A DNA stretch of 64,000 nucleotides from Rhina ancylostomus (taxonomy: Eukaryota): NCBI GenBank assembly GCA_030265395.1, contig JARFYF010000112.1, positions 69,652,163-69,716,162 on the forward strand. Reading direction: 5' to 3'. Numbering within the stretch: the first letter of the stretch is position 1; every line of letters begins with the position of its first letter. The notes under the pieces were generated by a model. The model ran no database searches. It was not told the DNA's origin and saw nothing but the letters and a program-made list of their open reading frames with translations. The translations under genes and the position numbers were made by a program. This document shows positions 11,172 through 22,765 of this stretch, in pieces.

Positions 11172-14100
11172 TGGTTTAGACTAACCAAATAACATGACAG
11201 AAATGCCAATGATACTCCTCATTTATTTGCAAGGAACAATGAGGGACTTATTGGAGCAAAAGCAATTCCTCAAAACAAAGACCCCCATCTCTGACCCAAT
11301 GGAACTAGTACCCAGATTAGACTATCCACAGCCTTTACCATGTATGAACTGGACAAGGAAGACATGGCTAACCTTTCAACTCAAATCAAGTCCTGGCTGT
11401 GACTGCTGCAACAATGGAGCATATTATGAAAGACTACACCCACCCCCCCCGAACCTTTGCAGGTAATATCGCCAACATTCATGCAGCCATAGCAGATGCT
11501 ATTACTTGGTTCCAAAATCTGATTTACATTAAGAGGAATCTTCCAGAGCAAAGTAAGAGTTATGACTCCCTGAACTCCCATTGCACGATAGCACCAAAGT
11601 CCATGAGAAATTGAGCATAGGGTAGAAACCCCTAAACCTGAACAGTGGAATATTAATACTAAACAGGAACTTTTGTATGAGACATGAACAAATAAGAAGG
11701 GAACCATTGCTGAGACAAGTCCTCTTCATCTCAGCAGATTCTTTTCTTCTCGGCTTTCCAGTTGCCTTTATTAGTGTTTTACAGCTGCCACATAAATGGG
11801 AGGGAAGTTAAATTCAAATAACAGAGTCAACACCAAATTAAGTGGGTAGCTTTCAGTATCATTGTCTTGTAAAATACAAGGCAGCTCCATACAGAACCCT
11901 TAATCCATGGTCCTTGCAAGAAAAACTCCATTCTTGATGCTCACCCACTTCTTCATCTAGCTTCAACCAATCTGACGCATGCATCTAATCTATACAGATT
12001 CATATTTTTCCGTAAACACTCTTCAAATCACGCAACCTCAATCTTTACAACACTCACCTCTCATTGCAGAAAGAATTACAGAGCTCACGAAAACAAAAAA
12101 GCAGCAAAGCTAGATGATGAAGTTAAATTAAAGACCAAAACACACTGCAAAATTGGATCCATGTGCAGTGATAATCTGATTCTCTGAGCAGGAACAGCTC
12201 ACTTCTCTGGCACATCTAAGGCATTATGATGATTCTATATAATTTATTTTCCTTTTCTCACTCAAGAACACAATGACAAATAGGAGCACACCTCAGAAAT
12301 AAATGATTCTCTCAAAAAGGTACAACTAGAGATCAGATAAAATGGTTGTTGATATTAAAGATCAATATGTTACTTTACAATCTGTAACTCATCACATTCT
12401 GTTCACTGCAAGCTGATGCTCAGCTGTACACAGAGGCCAAGATAATTTTCTTATCCAGACACCCTCATATCCATTTATCCTTCAAACTTTGGCCCAATTT
12501 TGATACTTCAGATTCCTGTCAGTCAGTTCCTGTTAAACATAATTCCAGACAAGCTGCTTTTGCAATCTTGATACCCCATTTTCCACTAACACAATGAGTA
12601 ATGGCTTACTCTGTTATTGGAGCCACATTATTGGAAAAAATTGTCATGAATTACAGAGAATGATTTAGTTCAAGCATTATATGTTGATGTTCATTCCTGT
12701 TGCTGATGATTGAAATAGTTCAAGACATTAAAGATCCAATTTTTTAATGCATTGTTCAAAGCAAATTTAGCCAACTCAGTAAATAGCTAACTAGCTTTAG
12801 TTCAGAGCCATCTTTCCATCTTTGACATTGTGCAGGCAGCGAGTCTAATGGATCAAGTTCAAATAACCTTCCCAAGCGTTAAAGGGATATTCCCACTTAA
12901 CGGCAAGTCATACAAAAGAGGGAAAACAATCTTACTGGGTTTAGGAAGCCTCAAACTGCAGTCTGTGCCTTCAAAATGCTGAAGAGGGAAAGGAAGGCTG
13001 TGAAAGTCTGCAACTGGAGGCACAAAATTAACCTATTTAAAGAGTAAGTGTACAGAGGGGGCAGGTAGAAAGTTACACTGCCTGGCACTACAGGGCACAC
13101 TAACACAGTACTCCCAAAAATTATCAAATTGGAAAATAAAAGTATCTTTAATGTATGGTTTTCATCCTGATTGCTGCATTAAATAGCAAGCTTCAGGTTC
13201 CTTATATAATCACCATATCTTTGTTGCCTGGAATCATGGAAAGTGGGTCACATCCTTAAAGGACCTGGTCTAGAAAAGACACAGTACACCACCGTAACAG
13301 ACTGCCATGAAGGTGAGGGGAATCGGAGAGGAAGTGAAACATGTGTCTTTAGTGATTGTGACCACACCCCAACCTGCCACTGATTATCCTTAAGAAATGT
13401 GTCCCCATACCATTGCAAAACACAGGCACAGCTTGCAGCAGATCTGTGTTGTACATAAATCTGTAAGTTTGTAATAAGCACTGCAAGGCTCAGCAGCAGC
13501 AGCATAACAAAACTCATGTGGGCATACGCATCTGTGTCCCAGTCAGCACCCAATAATGCATGTCTCATTGTTAGCATACTGTGGTGTTTGGCCCTTGTTT
13601 TAGAAACAAGGATAGTAGCTTGCATGTTTTGGTACCAATCCTGTTGGGAAGGAAGAGATGAGTGAGGCCCAAGCTACGCAAATTCTGGCGGCATCAACAA
13701 AAGCCAGTATCACACGGGAGGAACATCAGATGCACTGAGATGGATAATGTCTGAAAACGGCCCGTCTAATTTCCTGCTGGACGAGAATTTAACTGGAAAT
13801 AGTGGTTTTTATGTTGAAAGATATATAAAGTGAGTTTCATTTGCAATCTGTGCATTAAAATTGGTTCTTGGTTTCCACTTCTAAATCCAAATGGCAGACA
13901 GAGCAGACTTTCAGCCTGTCCATCCTGGGTTTTGCCCTAGAGATCAGTAGAGAGTGTAAATAATCTGACCCACTGCACACTCTGCTTCCTATTATTTTTC
14001 ATTTCAAAGCAGTGAATGATAAGAGTTACTATATAAGCCTTTAGTATGTGTCACAGCAAAATCTTGCAATACATGCCTGTTTTTGGTGGACTGATTCACC

Positions 14101-14749
14101 AATCCATCTCACATGTCCATAGAATATGACAGTACCACCAATGATCTATCAAATTATTTTTTACCCACAAACAGAAAAAAATTAAGAAAATCATGACCCC
14201 CTGTTACTGTCAGTGGACAAAGTGTGCTTACAAGGCTGGTTGTCCCAGTGTAGACGCAATTTAGCTATCTGCTCCCCTAAGAATCAGGCAATAAATCCAT
14301 TGTATGTCCATCAATCCCAGAGTTAATTACAAAGCCCAGAGGTGGTCTACAGTTAATGACAGGGTGGGATTTAGGCTGAGCACTAAGAACAACACAAAGC
14401 TTGGCCCACTTCCCTAATATTACCACCATCTTCCAGAGTTCTTCTTGTGTGAGTTTCTGATGCAGTCTATGTACATGGAACCTCTCACCCCCAAGCACTG
14501 GACAGGAAGAGTAAGCCTTTCCTTTCCGTTCCTATTATACAAAATGTACAATAAACTGGGGCATGTTGAGTTATGTTCACCTATTTCAAGACTAATCCAT
14601 ATCATACGGAATTGATAAATGATTTGCAGTATTGGTTCAAGGCACCCAGCAGGCATCTCAGTATTCATATAACTCAATGTTGGATGAAAGCAAGTCAGAT
14701 TTTACCATGAGTGCCAGACTAATGAGATGCTTGGACAGACTAAAGTTGA

Positions 14750-15065
14750 ATTTTTAATTCATTTTTTGGGTCAGGGCATCACTGGCAAAGCCAGCATTTG
14801 CCGGGCCGCTTCAGGGACAACCACATTGGTGGGTGTGCAGTCACATCTAGATTACACTCGTTAAGGATGGCAAATTTCCATCCCGCATGAACCAGATGAG
14901 ATTTTACAACAACCTGGTAGTTTTGTGGTCATCATTACTAATGACTAGTTCTTTTTTTCAAATTATTAAGCGAATTTAAATTTCACAGTGGGGTTTGTAT
15001 TTGGATCTCTGGATTGATAATCTAGGCCTCTTAATTAGTAATTTAGCCACAAAACCACCACAATA
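14750..15065 (-). mobile_element. tRNA-derived SINE with CR1-like tail (degenerate)
   Basis: Reverse-complement similarity to the copy at 40540-40870, with shared blocks AAATGCTGGC..TGCCAGTG, CATCCTTA and TCTGGTT. Confidence 0.65.
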
Positions 15066-15879
15066 TCCCTAAGGTTCACTGTGGGCAGATACAAGTTAAT
15101 GAATATAGGAAACAAAATAAACACAGCCAAGTGGCAATTACTTCTGGGTGGTAATTCCATCACATGTATAATTACAGCACTCACAATAGCTGAAAGCATG
15201 ATAATTGTAATCACTTCTGCAAGACAAAATGGACAAGGAAGGATTCACTACTGTGTTTGGCTCTGCATTGTTTATATGCCTCTGTTATTCATCACCCAAA
15301 AGCCAGGGCTTCCCTTTGAATGGTTCCTTGAGAAGGGGACGCAATGTGATGGACAAACTCAGTAGAAACTTCCAGGATTTCAGATGCATTCTGAGGAAGG
15401 AGTGAAGCTCAGTGACTTAGTGTGACCCCCTCCCCGTCACAGCTATCATTTTTTCCTGCTCATTCTTGTCAATTATGAATCCCAGACAGAGAACTTCAGG
15501 CTGCAAAATGTAATCTTGTCCTGATTTAGCCAAACTTAGTGCCTGTGTAACCTGCTGAGTACCTCCCCCAGCATCTTCAAAGGTTCCTGTTCGGTCTTGA
15601 TGTTACTTTTTCATTCCCATGCCCATTACCTTCATTTTACGCTCCCAATTTCCTACCCTCTTCTTTAATAGGAATGGTTTCTCTTTAACTACTTTGGTTA
15701 TCACTTTATTAATTTTAAATAACTCTGTCAGAATTTTAAGTCCCTAATTCCAGAATCGTTTTGGAATTTTCCCAATGCAGAGTCCTTTCCTGCACCCTTT
15801 CTGCTCCATTTGTGGCTGAACCAGGTAGGGCATGGGGAAAGATGGAGATTAAGAAGGTGGATGGTAACGTGGAGACAAC

Positions 15880-16650
15880 CAAGGGCTGCAGATTCTGCAA
15901 TCCGATAAGGAAGGTGATAAGTGGAACCAAGTAAGGAAGGGACGATGGACAGATGGAACCAATGGGGAAAGGGATTAGTGGTTCAGTGGGTTAAGCAGGT
16001 GGGTGATGGGCAGATAGAACCAGGTTGGAGAGGGGAAAGGATCTGGATAATGGGGATTGGGGGGGGGTGCTGCAGGTTAGAAAGGGGGGAAGAGTTTGAG
16101 AGAACCTGGAGGATCAGAAGGAGACACCGATGTAAATGAACAAAGACAAACACCTGAAATTCGGAAAGCAGAACTTCAGAGTCCACCTGAGTCGCTTACA
16201 ATCCAATAATACGAATGTTCAATTTTCCAATTTCATGTATTCCATTCCATCTGTGTTCAAGTCTCTCTCCCCCTGATCCACTCTAGTTCTCTCAACACCT
16301 CCCTTTCTTTCCAACCTCCCCTTCCCCAGCTTTTAAAGCCNNNNNNNNNNNNNNNNNNNNNNNNNNNNNNNNNNNNNNNNNNNNNNNNNNNNNNNNNNNN
16401 NNNNNNNNNNNNNNNNNNNNNNNNNNNNNNNNNNNNNNNNNNNNNNNNNNNNNNNNGGTGCCCCCCCCCCCACCTGCCTCCACCTAGCACCTGCCATCCC
16501 CTGCCTCACCCCACCCAGCTCTTCGTACTGGCTCTCTCAACTCTACACTTTCAGTCCCGATGCAGGGTCTCAACTCAAAACGTCAAATATCCCTCCATTT
16601 CCACAAATGCTGCTTGGCCTGCCAAGTTCTTCCAGCAATTTGTTTTACAC
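15880..16650. mobile_element. Penelope-like retroelement terminal fragments, apparently in both orientations around a gap
   Basis: A purine-rich tract, then after the gap a pyrimidine-rich tract ending in CAGTCCCGATGCAGGGTCTCAACTCAAAACGTC...ATGCTGCTTGGCCTGCCAAGTTCTTCCAGCA, homologous to the core and right arm of the 10989-11171 element. Confidence 0.5.
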
Positions 16651-16829
16651 TCCTCTATTTATAAGGCCCGGGACCCCTACAATTTTTCAGCCACTTTCTC
16701 AACTTTCCCTGCCACTTTTTCAAAGAACTACGCAAATTTATCCTCAGACCTCTTTTTGTGCACATTATTTAGAATTTTCTAGTTTATTCTGTGCTTCTTA
16801 TTCTTTGTACCAAAAAACACCACACATTC

Positions 16830-17190
16830 GTCAACATTAAATTTCATCTGTCACCAATCCACCCACTTCATCAGCTGGTCTATATCTCCTTGAAATCTCT
16901 AACTATCTCCCGCATAGATCACTACAACTACAGGTTTTGTGTCATCTGCAAATAACTGAACCCTAGAGAACACCACAGTACATTTCCTTTCAGTCTGTAA
17001 AGCAACCCTTCATTACTACTCAATGTTTCCTGTTACTTATTCAACCTATACTGCTATACTATGGTTTTCAATATTGATGACAAGCCTCTTGTGTGGTAGT
17101 TTCTCAGTGCCTTTTGGAAGTCTGTATATACCACATCAATCGCATTTCCCTCATCAATGCTTTCTGCATTTAAAAAACTCTATCAGGTTC
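16830..17190 (-). mobile_element. CR1 RT fragment (highly degenerate)
   Basis: The minus strand has remnants of FADDTK (TTTGCAGATGACACAAAA) and DVVYTDFQKA motifs. Confidence 0.7.
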
Positions 17191-19299
17191 TTCTCACCTG
17201 GGTCAGGAGAGTTAGAAACTAAATGCCTCTTGTGTTTCTGGGAGGAGTTCGAATTTAAAGGTTTTCCTCTTCTTACCTTAGAATAACAAATGAACTGTAC
17301 TCCCTAAATTCCTCCTTCCAGCTGTGGGGGAAATTCATCTGGCAGAAGCTGCTTTTACAATTTATGTACTTCCAACAATATCATTTACAACATTTTTGAA
17401 TTAATTCTGAAAAGTATATTTTAAATTAAAATGTCCTTGGCATTGCCAAAAGGTCTCCGATACCCCACTTTACAAACTTCACACGCCACTTGGTTTTAAG
17501 TACAGACTAAAATAGAACATGAAAGGACATGGAACAACTACATTGTCGCAAGTGGTCAGCCAACAAGATAATCAACTGTCCAAGTCACTAACCTCCATTG
17601 CAATCTGATTCAGTAAACCATTTCTTTTCACTCAGCCTCACGTTGTGTCAATCCAGTTTATCAGTAAACATCAGAGCGAGTTGTAATCAAACTGCCTTTA
17701 ACTCACAGTCAGTAATGTTTGACAGTGTATGGCTTTAAGAGCTGTGAATTATCCGTTGGTAAGGCGAGTGGTTTAGTTCCTCAAACATCTGGTGTTTCCT
17801 GGAGCTCTTGTAATAATTAGAAAATGTAGCGAGATGTTACCCACCTCTACAGCAAAAGAGGATCTAACCGCTTTATCTTACTTTCAGAAGGGAAGGGTGT
17901 GTTGCCTTTAGTGCTGATCCCTCTTCATGCAAACACCAATTTAAGCTACCCTGATAAAAAATTTAAATCCAGCCAGCACTAACCATTGGTCTACTGCATT
18001 CAACCAAAATCACTCAAGTATGACGAATAAATAATGATGTTGTGTTATTGTTCAGTGATATACAAGCGTTGGAGGAGTGAGGAAAGCTGTGAAGTTGAGA
18101 ATTATTTTTAACTTGACATTAATGCCATAATTTGGCATTTCTGCTGTTTAACAACTCTCCACTCTGGCTTTTACAACACTCTCTCTGGAGCTAATGACCT
18201 TCTGCAACTGATTATTTCAGCTACACTCTGTATCCTGTTAACCACAGATCCCTAGAAATTTATCAGCACTTCTAATATCATATTGATCAATATGCACAAA
18301 ACTGTTTTGATCATAGCCTGGATGTGGGAATCCAGTTTCATCTGAGGCCCAAGGCAGTGTTGCTACTTCCATTCAGAATGGCCTTCCCTTTGCACACTGC
18401 ACCCTTTGCACAGAGCGTGCAAGGGAAAACAGCCGAGCCCGTAGTCATATTGGGGGGAGCTTTGGGGGCTGGATGGGTGGGTCTGTAAGGGCATTGGCTT
18501 CCAGTGGTTGGTGCGATGGAGTGAACTGAAGAGTCATCCAGCATTCCCCAATTCCACAGGGGGACTCCCTGAGTAGTCGAATTCGCTCAATAGTAACAAC
18601 AAAGCCCACTCTGTGAAGATAACCATGCTTCTCTGGGTTGGTCTTCCAGAAGAGGCATCACCCACTACCTTCTCCGTTAAATTACCCAGTTCATTGTCTC
18701 ATTCAGAATGACAATGTCAATATCAAAGTATGTGAATTCCCCAGCCATGATGGCAAAGGAGCATTCCGATCTGCCACTGCTGGGATTGTCCATGAGTGTC
18801 CAGATACTTCAGGTGCCAAACTTCATATTATGGAGTACAAGTTGTCAGAGCGTGGTGTCCTCTGACAGGGGTAACCATTACACACCAGAACTATGCAGAC
18901 GTGATGTAGTGAGGTCTTGAGACAGTGGCTAGGAGGACCAAGACAACTGGAAACCGGGGTCCGTTGTATGTGATTTAATGCTCACACCATTCAGTCCAGT
19001 GATGAAGACACAGACAAATAAGTCACATTGGAACATATCCCACAGAAAAAGTCCTTATCTACAAATCTTTGGCATTCTTGGAGTATTTTAATGATAAACA
19101 GGCTGAGATAGAACCTCATGGGCTGCAGAAGGACCATACTGCACTCTGAAGGCAGTTGCAAAGTTCTGAGGATTGGTCAGATCCTCTGAAAGAAATTGTA
19201 GCAGCATGGATTTGCTCCTGTCAGCCCAGTATGGTCTAACAAGACTATGACAGGACAAGTGCAGAACAGACAAATGATCAAATTCCAGATATTCCTTAG

Positions 19300-20400
19300 T
19301 TTCTCAACTGTGTCTTCATTATTTCTCATCTGTTTGAATGCGTGTCTTTTTTTATCTAAGAGTTACTGTTAATATTCAACATCTTTCTGGGATCCAATTT
19401 ATCCCAATCCTTTAAGATCTTAAATGTCATTAACATTATTCATGCCTTTGTCCTGGTGTAAACATTGTTAGTATCTGTTAGTTTTCCTCATAGCTCATGA
19501 CTCTAATCCTAATTACCAGCTTACCTGCTGAAATGTGTATTTTCCACAAGACATCGATGCCCTCCACGACAGTGCCCAGCACCTTAAACTGGGCATTCAG
19601 TGTGACTGTTGATCACAGCTACGCATCATTTCCCAATGGGCGTGGGCCAGTGTTTTGCAACAGTTGAGTAAGTGACGTTTCCTGTTTTCATTGCACAGAC
19701 ATTTAAGGGTGATTTTGACAAAGCCATCCTGATTTCTCGCTTGTGTCATGTCCTGTTAACAGTTTATTTTAAACTATCTTTGCCAATTTCACAGATCTCC
19801 CATTCATTGCATTAATTAACATCCCTGACTTTTGTGCCAAATTATCTATAGTGCCCCCGTCCCTCCTGTGCAATCATAACATGTGTTGTCATATGAGAAA
19901 ACATGGGAGCATTGTCCCATTGCTATCTATAATCGGTAATATACCTTAAAACACGAATTAGCCTGGAACTGACCCCTGTGGAACCCTGTGAGTCACTTCT
20001 TTTCAGACAGATGCTGCTTCCCCTCGACCACCCTTCCCAGCCTTTGAATCATTCTGTTCCTGAATCACTTCAAGTATTTCCTTTTCTACTCAATGTCCTT
20101 TGTACTGTAATTTCTTACATACGAATCTGCCAAAGGCTGTTAAAGCCCAAAATAATTAATCCATTGAGTTCCCCTGTGAATTAACTCCATAAAATCGTCC
20201 AAGCAAAAGCCATCACCAATGATGCCATCATGACTATGTTGTAGCGTTCCACATTTCTCCAGATGTCCCTTTTTGAATATTTCCCAGATGTTTGGGTCAC
20301 ATTACAATGGATTGATCTTTACTTCCTTTTTTTGTGAAGTGCCACCACATTTGCTACAGTCCAGTCATTGGCAATATTGTAATGATTTCCTCCAAAATGA
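19300..20400 (-). mobile_element. Ancient CR1-like RT remnant
   Basis: VPQGSVPG motif on the minus strand near 19960-19990 and a DFGLxTAFG-like remnant near 20130-20155; heavily decayed. Confidence 0.45.
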
Positions 20401-20779
20401 TTAATGATCTTTGCCACTTCTATTAATATTGTACTATGAAGAATGTGAGAGCTGAATTTATTGTTTGCCCAGAAATGGATACCTGGTCACTGTTATAAAC
20501 ATGCTCTATAATAGTGTCAAGGTGTTGTAATTTCTGAAAACTCTATGCTTTTACATTAGATACGTATTCACTCATAACTAGAGAGAAACTCAGCTCTGCT
20601 CCCTCAGATGGTAAATTCCTTCCCTGCTTTAGAATTGATCTGGAAACAAAGGGTTCTTTGGATTTGATAACCATTGGCCTTTGATGGTTACAGAGATCCA
20701 ACGTTATTTTAAAGCACCTGGTGACCAAGGAAAGAGCAAAATGATCAAGTAATTTTTCTTCTGATTTGCTATTCACACA

Positions 20780-21640
20780 TCAGAGATCTTGTGTGGAGAG
20801 GTAACAGTGCCGAGCACCAGAAGTGGACCCACCTCTCCTTGATATTGAACAGCATTACCAATGCTGAATCCCTTACCATTAACATTCATGAGTTACAACT
20901 TAAATAGGCAAACTGTTTAACTGTTATACAAGAGCAAGTTAGAGGCCGGGTATTTTGCTACATGTAACTCACCTATTTACTCCCAGTGTTTTTCCATTGA
21001 ATATAATGCACAAGTCAGGAGTACAGTGAAAAAAAAATCTACATTTTCCTGGATTACATCTCTAAAAGACATTCAAGAAACTTGACACTATTCAGGACAA
21101 GAAAATACATAATAAACACCATGATTTTACGAAACATGGAGGAACACTGAGGTACTGTTGTGGATATACACAGATCTCTGAAGATAGCAGGGCAGGTTAA
21201 TAAATTATACAGAATATTTGCCTTTATCATCTGAGGCAACGACCAGAGGCTCATGTATAAGACAATTATTAAGCAACAGCTAGAATACTGTGTATGGCTC
21301 TGTTCACTACACTGCCAGCAGTATGCAATAGTATTCGAGAGGCTGCAGAGGATATTTACAAAGTTATTGCTCGTGCTGGAGGAATTAACTAGGTTGGGGT
21401 TGTCTTCCTTGAAGCAAAGGAGGTTGAAAGTAGATTTAAACAATGTGCATAAAATTATGAGATACTGAGCTAAAACAAACAGGAAAAATCTATTCCTTGC
21501 AGCAATAATATATTGACATAGAGTTAATGCAGAGGTTTAGAGAGGAGTTGGGGGGGAATATTTCACCCAAAATGTAGTGGAAATATGTAAGTCGCTGCTT
21601 ATTGTGGAAGCCGGTGCAGGAATCACTCCATTAGGATCTG
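20780..21640 (+). mobile_element. Composite of CR1/L2-type ORF2 3' fragments
   Basis: YKTIIKQQLEYCVWLCS...ERLQRIFTKL...LGLSSLKQRRLKVDL is a degenerate CR1 ORF2 C-terminus. Confidence 0.75.
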
Positions 21641-22489
21641 AATGCAGCATCATAAGTCCAGTGACCTCAATAAGTGCATCTTCAGATGCCATATCCTGCA
21701 ACTTCACTACTTGTCTCAGACACTGATCAGTTCAACATACACCAATATCAAAAAATGACCTCTAACAGTCAGAACATATTCCTCATGTTCACATACTACA
21801 AATCAACAATGGATTAGAGTCCTTCTCCAAACTGCAATCATGCCCTCATTCACTTATACTACTGCAAACCTCACACCCACATTTCCCAACTTGCTCACGC
21901 CCTGCCAGTAATTCTACTGTGAGAGTCACAGTAGCCAATCACTAATATGCTTCCTGCTCTTTTGTATAATAAGACAGTGCAATGAGAGCTAACCACAGTA
22001 AAAGAGGGACATCTACATCTCCTAACGCCGTGGGTGAGTGGAGGTGGGCAATTACTAGAATAGGGATTGCTGAACTCACAGCCTGCAGCAGAGATGAATA
22101 GGTTGAACATGATGATGTTCTTCTTTTTCCTCATCCCACAATCCTTTCTGACTTACAACGTGATATTCAGTAAGTTTAACTTGGCCAGTCCATGGAAGAA
22201 CACCACAAACACAGTAATAAGGAAGAAACATCATTGCTTGCCTTCACACGTTCAGCCACCAGCTCAGACACTATTTATAGTATAACATGTCAGGAGGATC
22301 TGAATGTGGTGAGATACTGGGTGGTGCAGCGGCAACCAGGAAGCCAGGACAAGAAGAGCAAAGACACCAACTTACCATAGGGTGAGGTCAAATCTGAGTT
22401 CCATTGCAGAAGGCTCAGATGAGGACTTCAGTCAAAGAATTTACAGAATAANNNNNNNNNNNNNNNACCGTGACCATGGGGGCAATGAC

Positions 22490-22765
22490 CAGGTCACATA
22501 TATTGAAGTAAATTAGCAGAAGAATTAGAGGGGACTTTAATCCCTAAAAATAGCTGCTGTCTGAAACTCACTGCCTGAAAGAATGGTGGAAATAGAAACC
22601 ATCACCACATTTAAAAAGGACCAAGTTGATTACTTGAAGAGCCATAACCTACAAGGCTATGGACCAGGAGCTGGGAAGAAGGATTAACATAGATTGTGCA
22701 TTTTTGTCCAACATGGACACAATGGGCCAAATGATCTTTGCTTGTGCTCTACATTTCTATGATTC
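22490..22765 (+). mobile_element. CR1 3' end
   Basis: AACTCACTGCCTGAAAGAATGGTGGA...ATGGGCCAAATG...TTCTATGATTCT is the typical CR1 3' UTR and tail. Confidence 0.75.

Noticed and set aside
22370-22404. ATG plus GTAAGT donor on the minus strand (MELRFDLTL)
   Set aside because: The donor is phase 2, incompatible with the phase-1 NHSL2 acceptor.
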